From positions 1 to 64,000 of the IMG/VR virus record IMGVR_UViG_3300042319_001462: 64,000 bases of DNA; one strand, 5' to 3'. Within the stretch, counting starts at the first letter, position 1, and the number at the start of each line of letters is the position of its first letter. The notes under the pieces are model-generated. The model was not told where the DNA came from, did not search any database, and was given only the letters and a program-made list of their open reading frames with translations. Shown here one piece after another: positions 44,118 to 58,300 of this stretch. The DNA is from an uncultured virus (IMG/VR IMGVR_UViG_3300042319_001462) (Duplodnaviria; Heunggongvirae; Uroviricota; Caudoviricetes). The position numbers and the translations under genes were made by a program.

Positions 44118-45512
44118 TTATTTGATTGTTACTATGGATTCGACCAGGCCAAGTCCAGTAGTTGTTTTGGCTTCTAATGCACGGCCAATCACGTTGAATG
44201 CCGTTGCTTCGCCAGGTAGTGCAGCTCGGGCTGTTCCAGCACCTGCTGACACAAGGCGATCACCTTTGCGCACCACTCCGTTGACCTTGACTGGCACACG
44301 TCCAGTCATAGCAATTGGTGGGTGTGTTTGGTCGTTGCCGGCACCAGAATTCATTAGATACGCTGCATTCGTACTCACAACGCCAAACACTTCTTCGCTA
44401 AGATCAGAAATGCTCATTGTAATTTCATTTGTGCCGCCAAGTTCGACCACAGTGCCTGGCTCTAGGTACGCATCGGCTGCAAAACGTTCAGCCACGTCAG
44501 CGTATTGTGCTGAAGTGGCCTGGGCAAAAACCGTGTTGAAGTAACTGCTGGAACTGCCAATATTGCCCACACCGTTACCGGCTGCATTTATAAGAGCAGT
44601 TGCTCCAGCTGCCGAATTAAGTGACAGAGTAGTTGGGAATGACACAACCGATGTTGCTCCATTAACCAACATAACTGTGGTAGTAACACCGCCGTCATTT
44701 ACCTTGACAGATAAGTTGGCATCTTGTGTTTGATTCTGTAATGTAACTTCTGATGTGCCGGTGTTGACAGAAATTTTTGCGTCTTGGTCAACACCAACTG
44801 TCAGTCCTGAATCATTCAGGACGCCTAGTGTGCCCGATGTGGTGCCGTTGGTATTGTTGCGTATAAATTCTGAACTTGTGAATCCGCCAAGACTTTGTGC
44901 ATCAGTAGCTGTTCCACGGAACAGTGCGTTTGATACTGTTGTGCTGAGCTGGATACCAGGACTGATTGTTGCAAAACCAGTAATGCTTGGTACTGGAGTA
45001 AACGTAGCATCCTTTGATATCAACCCAACCAGTGTGTCTTGAACGTACAGTTGAATAACTACGTGATTTACGCTGAGGTTATCTGTTAGTGTGGTAACAA
45101 TTGCGCCCGATGTTCCTTGTCCGGAAGTTGATGCTGGACCAACCAGAATAAAAGCAGCACCATTGTAAACTTTCAACTGTTGATTGACAGTGTCAAACCA
45201 AAGATCTCCAGCCACATTGCTGACGGGCGCAGTAGATGATGCAGTTGATGCTGAAATAACTTTGAAAGTTGTACCGTTGTACACTTTCATGACGTTATTG
45301 GTTTTGTCCCACCACAGTTGTCCTGTAAGCGGTGCGCTAGGTGCAGTGGTATTAGCACCACACTCTAGCAAGTGCATGAAGTTTTCGTCTAAAAACTCGC
45401 CGTAGCCGGCATAGTTTTTACCCACTAAGATCATGCTACTAGCGGTGTTAATTGTACCATCTGCAATGGTAGCAAAAATGCTGCCGTCAGTTAAATTGAT
45501 TGTATATGCCAT
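44118..45512 (-). CDS. putative tail fibre protein with C-terminal chaperone/peptidase-like domain
   Basis: LVGKNYAGYGE..EN, GQLWWD/GDLWFD repeats, ADVAE...GRVPVKV...KGDRLVS C-terminus. Confidence 0.75.
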   Translation of the reverse strand: MAYTINLTDGSIFATIADGTINTASSMILVGKNYAGYGEFLDENFMHLLECGANTTAPSAPLTGQLWWDKTNNVMKVYNGTTFKVISASTASSTAPVSNVAGDLWFDTVNQQLKVYNGAAFILVGPASTSGQGTSGAIVTTLTDNLSVNHVVIQLYVQDTLVGLISKDATFTPVPSITGFATISPGIQLSTTVSNALFRGTATDAQSLGGFTSSEFIRNNTNGTTSGTLGVLNDSGLTVGVDQDAKISVNTGTSEVTLQNQTQDANLSVKVNDGGVTTTVMLVNGATSVVSFPTTLSLNSAAGATALINAAGNGVGNIGSSSSYFNTVFAQATSAQYADVAERFAADAYLEPGTVVELGGTNEITMSISDLSEEVFGVVSTNAAYLMNSGAGNDQTHPPIAMTGRVPVKVNGVVRKGDRLVSAGAGTARAALPGEATAFNVIGRALEAKTTTGLGLVESIVTIK

Positions 45513-45563
45513 TTATCGTTACTCCGTCATTTCAGTATTTATGGGCGAATTCTATATTCATAT

Positions 45564-46169
45564 TTATGCTGCACTCAAGTTAGTTAACGTCTGAATGCGC
45601 ACAGTATAATCTATTTGTATTTGCCTATTTAAGCTTTTTTGCACAGGATGAAATATCACGTGAGTCAAAAGCATAAGATTGCTTGAAGAACCTTCCCAGG
45701 CTTTTAATCCCAGCTCATCAAACACGTATTCACCATTGAAGTTTGTGCTGTTGTCAAATGCTTGTTGCCCAGCTGGTTCACCGTAATCTAGCAAACAAGT
45801 GACCAAAACGTCAGTGTACACTTGCCCAGAAGTGTGCAACACTGTGAGCTTGTTGCGGGTTGGGTCTGTATTGGCAGCAGAATTGTCATCAACTACCTTG
45901 ATAAAAGTTTGGTTGTACAAGTCGGCGTTTTGACCAGTTACGTTAGGGGGCAGATATGTAATGACCCCTGTTGGATCCACGCTACTGCCACCGTTGCCAA
46001 ATGCCATGGCATAGATATAGCCAAGGTCTTTATTGGCAATGCTCTGGGCCAATGCAATACTCATATTTTCATAATGAATTGCATTTTTCTTGTCAACGAA
46101 TGTTTCCCCGTTGTTGGGGTCGTAGATCTTTAAGAATCCCTGCACTGCGACTGGAATTAGTGGCATCAT
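45564..46169 (-). CDS. putative baseplate/tail structural protein
   Basis: Lies in the structural operon; FDELGL...THVIFHPVQKS. Confidence 0.7.
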   Translation of the reverse strand: MMPLIPVAVQGFLKIYDPNNGETFVDKKNAIHYENMSIALAQSIANKDLGYIYAMAFGNGGSSVDPTGVITYLPPNVTGQNADLYNQTFIKVVDDNSAANTDPTRNKLTVLHTSGQVYTDVLVTCLLDYGEPAGQQAFDNSTNFNGEYVFDELGLKAWEGSSSNLMLLTHVIFHPVQKSLNRQIQIDYTVRIQTLTNLSAA

Positions 46170-46318
46170 GACCGAGCCTCCACTAGTACTTCTTGTGTGT
46201 TTGGATCAAACACACGAACGTAGGCTGCAAGCTGTATGTTGCCTTGGTCGTCGGGCCGAGCTGGTTTACGCTCGGGTGTGTTTGGGGCATTATTAATATT
46301 GTTGTCTTGGGGCATCAT
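46166..46318 (-). CDS. small hypothetical protein (50 aa)
   Basis: ATG 4 nt after CATAAATA; ATGA overlap with 45564..46169; VRVFDPNTQE resembles the neighbour's LKIYDPNNGE. Confidence 0.65.
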   Translation of the reverse strand: MMPQDNNINNAPNTPERKPARPDDQGNIQLAAYVRVFDPNTQEVLVEARS

Positions 46319-46334
46319 GTTTTATTTATGTCCT

Positions 46335-49300
46335 TTATTCTCCGCGCAAAAACCTTGCGGCATAGGTATCGGTATCTTGTAATGGAACACCATCGCTAGC
46401 TGTGCCTGCTCCCAATTGATACCAGCTTTTCCCACGTAGTAAACTGATAGACACTTGATATCCAGATTCAGGTGCTTGATCAAATTCCACAGTAACTGGG
46501 TTAGAATTGATAATGCTGTATCCCGAGGACTGTAGTGTGCCACCAATTCGTACTTCAACTGCTTCTAGGATTTCAGTAGAATCCAATCCAGATACCGATA
46601 TTGATTCAGTTTCAAACACTGTGGTTGTTCCATCGCCTAGGAAGTTTTCATTAACTATATAGTTTTGGTATTCAGATATTAGTAAATTACCACTACCAAT
46701 GTCATATACTGCGGCTCCAACTGCATGTGGTGCGGCTGCGGTTCCGGCAGTACCACGGCGCAGACCACTAACTGTGTTGTTTGCAGTATCGCGGTTGCGA
46801 TAGGTAATGCGTTCGCCATCAATTGTGATATACCCAAAAATACCCAGGGGCAGATTTGGTTCAGGCAAGGCTGTCACATCACTGACATAAATTATGTCAT
46901 CACTTGCACTCAAAGCCACTGCAACTTGGGTTGTCGTGGCAGGTGTGATTCGATAGGTGCGCTGTAGTCCTCGCATGTCTTGGAATATGCGGAATGCCAT
47001 GGCTTCTGGTACCACTTGATTTGTCATGCTTGTAATTACCACCACTTGAGATGCGCCAATTACTGGATTATTCAAAATAACCAACGACCCATCAACCACA
47101 AAGTCACGTCCCGAAGACAAGTATCGTCCATCAAGAGTAACAATCAAACGTTCAGGTTTGAGTATTAGACGTCCAGTGTCAAATTGATTGTTCTGAATCA
47201 ATGTACCACTTTGATAGTCATACGAGCCTGGCTCGCCGGTGGTATTGCCAGTGTCGTACAGGGTATCGCTGTATCCTTCAGTTATCACTAGCCCTGATTC
47301 ATTCGGGCCCACAAATACTTGTGTTAGCAATTGTTGTTGGGTAGTGTCGTTCCATGAAGTAACCGAAATAACATCTCCTACTACAGGAATCAAACCCTGA
47401 CTTGGTTGGAATGTGATCTGATTGCCCACTACCCAATACTGTGCTTTGGTTCTAACAGATATCAATATATTTGATAAGTTGGCTGGCGGTGTAGCAAATT
47501 CAATTGCTCGTTGTGTGCTATCGTCAGCTGGATCAACTGTAAAGTCAACTCCCAGTACTTGTGCAACGTTGTTGACATACACTGCAACATCGTTGTCAGC
47601 CACAAGATTCAAGCTATACCCACCCGTAGTTGGTAGATCATAATAAACAGTGACTCCATCTCCAACATAGTCTATCCCTTCTGCAGGACGAGCTCTTGTG
47701 CCATTTTTGTTTACTACCACATTAACTGGGTTGGTTCCCATCATGCTGTTGGTCAGTGTGTAAGTCAGCGCACCAGTGCTGTAGATGTACTGAGTCACTG
47801 GCAAGCTCCATGTACCGCCAACCTCAGCACCAAGAGCTGTTATTGTCACACTGTCTGTTGAAGTAAATGCACTGCTAAATGTAATCAATGTGTTTACGGT
47901 GGAGTCTGCACTTGATGTAAAGTTAGATACTTGAACACCATTCACAAACACCACTAAACTATCAATCAAACTATAGGTCATTGGGATTACCACTGTAGAC
48001 CCAATATCGGATCCCAAGTATGTTTGTGTAAACAACTGATTACCGCCGCCCAGGGAATACGCCGCAATAGTGAGCACATCACCAAGGCTGGCATTTGCAC
48101 TGATAATTGTAACTGTAGAATTTACCCAATTAACTGTGTAATCAGTGCCAAGTGCTAGATCAACCCCAGTGGTTAGATTGTATACATTTAGTGCAATTGC
48201 ATTGTTTAACAATCCAACAAAACTCAAACTGCTGCCATCAAAAATATAGTTACGATCTTTTTCTGGCCAGCCGTGTCCATCACCTATCCAGTCAGCCCCC
48301 GGTGTGGTATACACACGCATGTCAAGTGTATCATATGTGATACCTGGCACCAACTCTTCTGGAGCATGACTCTCGTATGTGTCAACAAATGCACCACCGT
48401 CAACATTGATGTCCGTAGGGAGTGTTCCGAGGTACGGATCCAAGAACGAACTGCTGTACGCTGCATCTAAAATAGCTGGATCGTAAGTTGGGATACCCTC
48501 AGCATCATACGAGATATTGTCAAACGGGTTGATGTCAAAGTTTCCAACATCAAATCCAGTATTTTGGTCAAACCCTGGACCCATTACTTGCACACCTGGG
48601 TAATCAATGCCACTGATCAATAATGCTAGATCTAGGCCAGGCTGATCAGGAGTGGGTGCATAATATCCCATGGTGCGATCAACACCAGTTAGATCACCAG
48701 CGGGCACCACTGTCCAATCTGTTGGGTCAAATGTTGTTGTCTGTACTTGTGCGTTTGCTGACCATACTCGATCTGCATAACGTACCATGGTACCCTCTGT
48801 GTATATCACCCCAGATTGCCACGGAACCACAGTTGGAGTATACTGATAACGATCATATCGCATGGTTGTTGTTAAACTACGCACACGAGAGTTGCCCATG
48901 TAAGCCACTGCACTTGCACCTGAACCACCGCCACCTGTTATGGTAATTATTGCAGTGGTGGAATATCCCTCGCCTGCAGATACAACATTAATTGCCACCA
49001 CTTGGCCTGCGCTGTTGATTTGTGCAGTCATTGTGGCAGGTGTAATACAATCACCAGTAACAGTCACTGTGGGTTGAGTAATATATCCAGTGCCGCCAGA
49101 CACTATCCCAACATTTTCAATACTCAATAGATAGTTCTGATACCATTGATTCCAGGGGAATGTAGTCCACACAGGATCAGTGCTTGGGCGGCTGCTGGTT
49201 GTACTCAAGTTGCCAGTATTGTCTAGTACCGGACTAACAAACAGTTGCTCGGCGGCATCCCAGTATGCTGGTAAATCAAAATCAGTCACGCTACCAAGAT

Positions 49301-52300
49301 ATTGGTCAAATCCTTGGTACTTCAAATTAAATTCTCTTATTTGAACATGGTATGGCTTGACTTCGTTAATGTAGTCCAATACAAAGTTTTGATTGTCTTG
49401 GCGGTACACTTGGTATGGCACAAGATTTCGAATGGTATGATCAACATCAATCAAGCTGGTCTTGGTTAGCCAATTTGGTGCTTGTTGTTCACTGAGGATG
49501 TAATTAAACATCAGCATTAACAACCGATTACGTTCAATTAATAATTCTCCAATAAACAACTCCTGATTGATTGCTTCAAGAATCTTTCGAGTTTCGGTAA
49601 TCGGGGCTTCGTCATAGTACTGTGCGTCAAATACTTCGCTATCAAATCCAAATCGTCCCAGGTTATAATCCCACAATGCAGGAGATATCTCAATAGTGCC
49701 GCGTTGTAGTGCCACACGTTCCCAGCTGGTGCCGGTATAGACATAAATTTCCCACAAGTTTTGAGCATTAGCAGTTACCTTGACTGCACTGCCAGTCGGT
49801 ACTGTGATCGTGTCTAGTGAAGAAACATTGGGCACTTCTAGTAAAATGCGTGTCAATGGATTGTAATTGGCCTTAAACCAATCAATACGAGACCAGTATA
49901 TTTTGGTATCATAGTTTTGCACTCGTGCTAAACTTAGATTACGCTCGCCTGGTAAAATTCCAGCAACCACTTGATAGATTGTCCAGAAACCACTATTGGT
50001 ACTATCACTAACCACAAGATATCGATAGCCAATTGGAACTTCAAGCAGGTCTTGGTATCCTAATTCTTCAATATTGGACACTCTCTTGTCCCAAGCTCCG
50101 GTAGTTGCAGCTGGTTCAGGCTCTGCACTGTTTAGTAAATTAAATGATCGAATCTCGGTTATTGGATACAGGGCCAGCACTGCGTTGGTTTGCTGAATAT
50201 AGTTTTTCAGTGCAAGGAATCGATTAACAAACATGCTCTGACGTGGGCGATATTCAATACCGTATTGCTCGCTAGGACTCAGCAACGGGTCAGGCACAGC
50301 ATTACCAGCTGAGTCAGATCCGGTCATGCTGTCAAGGAATTTTCGATACAAGGATGCATCCAGGAACGCATCTGGACGGTCTTGTGCAATCAGCTGATAC
50401 TCAACGTGCACTGCTGCATCTGTTGCTTGTTGATCATACTCTATATACAGCACAGTGTCCTGTGCAGAGATATACTGTAAACCATTGTAAATGGCCACTG
50501 TGCTGGCATCTATTGGAGCAAGATAACTAATACCACTACTGCGCGGATTTTCAATGTAGTTGGTTAATGTATTAATACTCAGTGTTTTACCAGCAACTGT
50601 TGCTGTTTCTGCAATACCAGTGACCCAGAAGTAATATTGTGTTTCAATAAATCCTTGAAGATTAACTGATGTGGTCACATCATAGCTGGTGATACTGTAC
50701 GGGGTGCCTGGTCCAACGTACTCTGCTGGGGGCAATGGACTTACTATCCACTGATACATTTCAACTTTGCTACCAGGGAATATTTGTCCCCAGCGTCGGC
50801 TCGCATACACAATATCATTTTGGTGTGGATCAATAAATCTCACATTTGATGTATTCCACCAGACCTGTCCAACACGAGATTGCCCCCATTGTTGGCCAAA
50901 ATTATTCACACTGCCCGTGTTGTATGTTGCCGGGTCCACTGCACCAATAAAATCTATGTTCTGACGCACCACGCCCAACAATCGGCCTTGTAATGGGTCA
51001 AAAAAGTCAAAATACTCCTGTGGCGAGCTGCTCACACGATCATACATGAATATGGTATTGAGTAAGTTAACATCAACCACCGGCTGTTGCACTCTAACAG
51101 GTATCCAAGCTGGCAATAAATTTGGATTGTGATATTGTAATACCTGGCCAAAGTTTGACAGGCTACTGTCTCCAAGATCTGATCCAGGGGCACCGATCAA
51201 CATAACACCAGTAGTGTAATCGATTGCAGCACCAAAGTTATCTAATGGTTGCAAACTGCTATTTACAAACTGCTGGCCAAATACAAATTTTGCCGGGTTA
51301 GTTATCGATTCGTCAACTGCGGTTAGCAAATCATATTCATACACGGCTCCACTCTGCTGAACTGGATCAGCAAAAGGTGTGCTGTACGAGTCAAAATATG
51401 TATTGCCAGCATCAAATGTTGTTGGGGCAATCATGTTACCATTTGGAGCACCCACTATCAAAGTTTGGGTGTCGTCGCTGATGAATAGACCCAGGCCAAA
51501 GTTTGCTTGAGTTTGCGGTACTGGGCTAACAATCTCCTGAGCCCAAGAATAAACAGTTAATCCTAGATCATTAAACAGTGTGCCCGACCCTGGCAAAACT
51601 GACATTCTGTTAAATCGCTGAGTTGATTGAATATTTTTAACATTCAGCATCATGCGTCCAGAAACCACAGTGATGTCTGCAGTATTGTATGGCGGAATTG
51701 TGAATGTAATCTGTTGAACAGTATTATCGTAGGTGTAATCACTGCCATATGTCTGCAACACATCCTCAATGTATACCACTGTGGTGTAACTAGAAGCATC
51801 TGTATAGGTGGTACCAATATCAAACACGCGGGTTGTACCGTCGCCTTGCAACACTAGATCCTCAGTGGGCATTGCAATTACATTGGGTATACCAGCAGTA
51901 TTGATATCAAGTATCAAGTCAGCAATAGTAGTACCGGTGCATTTGACAAAATAATCATCAATTCGAATGTAGTCATCCTCTGTCAAAACTGGGTTTGCAA
52001 CAGTGGTGCTTATTGTTCCGTAGAGACGAGCTTGATTTCGATACACTTCAACTTTGCCGGCTTGTGAAAGAATAGCTGAATCATATGGTGACGAAATATA
52101 CAGACTGCAATCATTCACACACTGATCAACTTTTAGGCCAAATCTTGCCGCAGCCACTGGGTTATTTGACTGTATGGTTTGCAACAGACTAAATTGATTG
52201 GTTTCAATTTGTATAATATCTCCAACTGCTAGAGGAGAAGTAATTGTAACAGTTTTGGTGCCAGTGTCCACACTGTATGTTCCACCAATGTTTAATCCAG

Positions 52301-55300
52301 TCTGCAACAAATAAACACCGTTGACAGACACAGCAACAAATCCTGGAGTCAACATGCTGTTTAGAGTAGTATACTCAGTCTGAGTTGCATCTGTGACTGT
52401 AAACTTTTCTAAACTACGATCAAATACATAAACCAGTCCTTCTTCATTTGCATCTGAATCTGGACTACCAATCATGACTTGCGAACCAGTAGTGGTTGCA
52501 CTAACCGATTTACCAAATTGAGCGTCAGCATCAATACCCGGTACTGTGAGTTTTTCAACAAAATCAAAATGTGAACTACTGTCAACTAAGATTGTTGCGC
52601 CAGGTACTGGAATAGTAACGAATGTCAATTGAGTAGTGACTGGGTCAAACGTGTAATCAATATTTGGACGATACAACATATCGCCCACTCGCACAGTAAA
52701 GGAATGAAGCGAGGTTGCTGTGGCCAGAGTTTGGTTGAGCGCAAACACACTGGTATTTGACACGCCACTGCCGGTGTAGGAAATTTCACTAATCTCACCA
52801 GACAACACATTAGTAACTGCATCCACGGTGATTGTTATATTGTTAGCCGGGCTTGTTCCGCCGCCAACAACCGATGCATTAATTGTAATGGTGTCGTTAA
52901 CAGCGTAACCTTGACCTGGTGATTCCAAGGTAACAGTGTACACGCCACGCACGCGGTTAACTGTGAACTCTGCGCCAAGTCCAGCACCGCTGGTACTTGA
53001 CGGAGCTACACCGGTATATGTTTGTTGATCAAGTTGTGTTAACTGTCTGCGAGTTATTACAATTCTTTGCCCCACTGTAGGAGTAGAGTTAAGCTCTACC
53101 GTGGATGCAGTAACAGTGTAGTCGGTGGAGTTAGTCAACAATACATTGTTTAACACCACAGCCAATTGATCAGGATAGTTTGAGTCAATAACTAGGCTGT
53201 CGCTCCAGTTGAACGATGTGGTAATTCCATCACCAATATAAGTCACTGACTGAGATTGCACATCAACACGAGTAAATGCATAAACTGCATTGTCATCTGG
53301 AGCGCCGATGTACATCCAGCGTTCATCTTGGCTCATGGTTACAGAAGAACCAAATAATCCCTGCACCGCTTCATCGCCGTCGGGAGCAACCAATAGCTGT
53401 CGCTGTTCAAATACATTGCTACCAGGTTCCACAAAGATTGTAGTAACATATCCTCGATTAGTGTTGCTGGTGCTGGCGCCTGCTACTGCCCAACTTTGAG
53501 CGCCAACATCAATCTCGTTGCCGTATCCAGTTGCATCTGTTGCTTTTAGCAACAAAATGTTGTTTTGTTCATATCGATCTTGGTCTGTACGAACAAACGT
53601 GTAGACCGCACCTGGTGCAGTTGCTTGGTCGGTAGGATTGTATCCCGGTGCTCCAATCAGTGCGCTTAGGTTTTCAAGTCCTTGGGCAACACTTGCTCCA
53701 AATTGACTATAGGCCACTGGAGTGGTTGCTGTTAATGTAGGGTCAACTGTAAACGGTTCAGTTTTTTCCAAAACTGTCCAATTGCCATTGCCGTTGTTAT
53801 CTACCCAAACTTTAACTCCGGGTAACAGTTGATCTGCATATGATAATTGAGGTATATCCGATGGCTGTGCAACTCTGTTGGTTTCCAAAGTAAGCCCTAG
53901 GCCGTTACCAATTTGGAATCTATCAAATGTACTAAACACGTAATCAATTATAACAGTATAGATTCCTGTAACTGCTAGTACTCGATATACTCCATTAACT
54001 GAGCTGGAAAAATTCTTGATAACAAGAACATCGTCCACTGACAATCCGTGAGCTGCGCCAAATGTAACTTGAGACGCATTGTCTAGGTTGTCTTCAATTC
54101 GTAGAATCTGTCCTGGAACTTGTACCACTCGGTACACTCCCCAGTCATATGTGTTGACTCGTGCTGTCCAGATTGTAGTGCCAACTCCAATTGAATAGTA
54201 TTGTTCAATTATCGAGGTTAAATCAATTAGGTCAAATGTTGTTATGTCAACGTCGTCAAGACTAACGTATCCAGCAGTGGGCAGGCCAACGTCTGTCACT
54301 GTGGTGTTTGTTGTGGGCAAGATATTAGTTGATGTTATCTTGTAACTGCTTTTCCAAATGTCTTTTAACAGCACTGTTTGGTCGGCTTGTGATGTTTGCT
54401 GAGGTTCAACCAGTTGAATCAACGATGGATCACTTGTTAACTTGGCTTCGTTCAGTAGAAATTCAACAAAACTTCTGTTGGCATTTGCTCCATACGTGCT
54501 ACGCAACATGGCCCAGTATTCATATATGCTGTACTCAGCGATTTCTTTTCCAAGATTAGCTAGACTGAACAAGTTGGTTGCACGAACTGTTCCTTTTGTA
54601 CCAAGAAACTGTTGATACAGATTGACCTGACTAACATCGTCAAGATTTAATGACTGCATGTACTGTCGAGGACGGAATCCAATTAGCCCATAGCTGAAAA
54701 TGTCAACTTCTGTTTCAAGGTTGGCATCATATACGCTGTAAGATCGTGCCAGTTGATCGCTGGCGTTGGCAGAGTTAGGCAACAATCCTTTTTGTATTTG
54801 TCCGTAGTCGCTCTTGATCCACAGGCTGAAATCAAATTCTGCGCTGGGCCTGATGATGGTGCTTGCACTCCAGTACTGATCCTTGAACAACACAATGTCG
54901 CCCTTGGTGTACTTGCTATTTGGTTGCCATTCTTGAATGTTGTCTTGATTGAGAACAAAACCAGGAGCATTAACTGTTCCGTTCCAATCTCCTGTTAGCC
55001 ATCCCGAAACCAGCACGCGGCTTTGGCGGGCACCTGTCACAGGATCGTAGATTAGATCAGCAAAAATACTTCGATTGTCCAACACCACCATGTGTTCGTA
55101 TGCTGTAAATCTCAGATTCAAAAAGTTAATAAAACTTGATGTTGTTGTTGAGATTTTAAATGTGTTTTCAAATCGATCAATTACCAACTCGCTTGGAGAT
55201 ATTGCAGTGCGATTTTGATTTAGCACAATGCTATCAAGTCTTGGTGGCTGTATGCTTTCAACCACTGCCCCAGGTCGTAGAACTGAAATACTTGTTGCAG

Positions 55301-58300
55301 CCGGGTTCAAGTTGATAATACTACCTGAAGTCCATCCTTGGTTGCTCCAATACAAAAATTCCTGTGCCATTTGCGGCCAGTTCATGATATAACCGTTTTC
55401 AATTCCTTCAAAAGTCATGCCGCGGTCAGCCAACAACTTGCCATAGCTGTACAAGAAATCACACACTGCTGCCTGACTGGTGAATACAAATCCATAAGGA
55501 ATCTGTGCGACTGTATTTGAGTACTCGATTGACACACGCTCCTGCGAGCCGCCAGCTGATACCACAACAAACTGTCCTGTTGGCTTGGATACTGCAATTT
55601 CAAAATAGCTAGCAACACTGTTGTAACCAAAAACTGCCCACCCAGTGTCGGTGCGTTGAACAATTACTCCACTATAGGTCACTTGTTCAAAAGGTTGATT
55701 TTGATACAACAAAACCTGATAACTTTCGTCTGGCAGCAACAAGCTGTTGTTTGTACCAGTTGGAGTTGACCGTTCAGAGTAAATTTTTAAATAATTCTTA
55801 TCAGTAAATGCTGCTGTGCGCCAGCAAAGTCTTACATCAACATTGGCCAACGTTCTAGATAACAGCGACGAACTATCAACGCCTCGCTGTTGATTATAAT
55901 CAATAATCCAGTTGTTGTAGCTGGCTTTGCTAACCCCATTGCCGTATAACGGTGTCAGGTTACTGGCTTCAAGTCTGTAACGGTTATCCCATAGATACTG
56001 TTCAATGCCAGTGTTGTACACATAACGATCACGATCAGCAAACAGGCTAAAAAATTCAGCTGGTTTTGTTAATGCCAACAAGCGCATGACTGCAAACGGC
56101 CAAGCTGAACTGGTTCTCCAGGCGTTTTCTACAGGACCATCATCACCAAATGTCCAACTACGACGGAAACTGGTTGCATCATAGTTTCCAACTGTAGACT
56201 GCAACGGATCCAACAGTGCACCTTCGGTACCTGCTGGGATAACAGTTGTTAAGCCTGGACGAGCGTATCGCGGATCAATCCTTGGAGACAACGGATCTGC
56301 AATGTACCCACGTTCTAGGTCGCGCCACAACACCAAGTTTCCTGATGTGTATGGTGCAGGACCATATGCATCCTCCCACCAATACGGTTCTTGACTAAAA
56401 CCTAACATTTCCCACGGAGTAGTGTTGGGTGTGATAGTATCATAGAAATATTCATAGATACCACGCCATGCACCCAACAAAGGTTGCGCGGTGAGACGGT
56501 TACCACTCTGACTATAGTTGTAGGTGAATGGATTGTTTGGTAGATAGTTTTGTGAAGTATAATCCAACTTGTTCCAGCCAACCCATGATAGAAAATCTGG
56601 CAACAAGATTGAATTAATTTCAGTTAATGAATAGTCGGTTGTGCGGAACTGCCCAGGGATTACATCATCTGCGTCTAATGGCACCGGTGTAACAATTTTA
56701 AGGTTGTTGAAAATACGAGTCTCAAATTCCAGCAACACATTGTCGCGGTAGTCACCAAACGCTATGGTAATTGACCCATCGTGTCCACGAATCACCAACG
56801 TCGGCTCAACGTATGTTTCGTCTAGATAAATTTCTGGACGGTACGCTGGGTACAAGCCCATCTTTGTGGGCGTGTTGGGGATAAAACTACCATACGTAGT
56901 ATCGTATTCTCGAATTGTAATTAAATCACCAATGGCCAGCGGTGCAGAGATTGTGATTGTTGCGCTGTTGGTAGAAACAGTGTAATCATACCCACGAGTT
57001 AGAATTGTACCATTTAAATAAACCAATACGCTCTGGAAATTGGACTGGGTAAAATCATAAACTTTATTAATACCAAATACATCTGTGCTGACTTGCGAGT
57101 AGGTATAGTTGATTTCTGTGTATGTTTCGCCACCTGGAATCATGTCACTCCAGTAAAACGGAAACATCTCAGTCTTGCCAAGAGTCATTTCTGACAGCAC
57201 ACTGTCTAGTACTTGGGTTGGTGTTGAATTAATAAAGTCGCCTTGGCCCGCAAGATCGGTCAATCGAGCTTTGTACTTGCTGTACTCCTGATTGCTAAAG
57301 GTCAGCGAATTAAACAATTCATATTGCGGGTCGCGCAGATACACACCGGGTAATACCAGCGGTGATGAATGTTGCACAATGTTTGTGCCGTAAGGAATAA
57401 TGTCGCCGAGATCGCGAGAATTGTTAGCACCGTTAATTACCCCCACTAGACCACGTAAATTTTGTCCAATACTATCGTAGTGTGTGCGAATTGTGCCAAG
57501 TGTGAACTGTGGGCTGTTTCCGTTTGGAGCATTGTTTTCTAAATTCAATGGTACTTGATAGAATCCAATCTTGCTAGCATAGTTGCTGATAACTTGCAGT
57601 TCAATTATGGTGTTTACCGGAATCGTAACATTGAATGTTATAGTAGTCGACGTGTCGCTTACTGTAGTTGAGTACTTGGTAGTATCAACAAATACTCCAT
57701 CGGCAAACACTTGCACTGGTGGGTAGACTGAACTAGTGTCAACCGGAACGTCTAATATCAGCGGAGTTGCGTCATAGGTAAATCTGAACACCTGGCGGCT
57801 ACGATTTTTAGCTGCCGCTGGTTGCCAGCCCAGTTGACTAGAGAATGATGTGCGATCAATGTACTGACGCACAAATCCTGTGCTGATAGCCTGGGTTGTG
57901 CTGGTTTTGTCACGCACGTAGATAAATGTGTCGGTGTAAAGATAATTAGAAAATAGTATATCGCCAACGTTGTTGATGTTCAAAAACTTTAGCGGGAAGC
58001 CCAGCACAACGTCGGTAACTGACTGGCCGCCATCAGTGTAACCAAACAATCGACTACCAGTAAAGGTAGTGCTAGGATATACTGCACGATCACCAAAACT
58101 AAATCCATTGATGTCATAAACATCAAATAGCGGCGCTTGATTTACTTTGGTTTTTTGCTGTGCCAACTGCCATGTTACACCATTAAACCAAAAGCTTTTG
58201 CCTTGTTGATTTAGACCGTTTAAACTCACCACGGTCTGATCATATAGCGGATTGCCATCAGCAGCCGGCACTAGATCAATAATCAGTGTTCCAGAATTGG

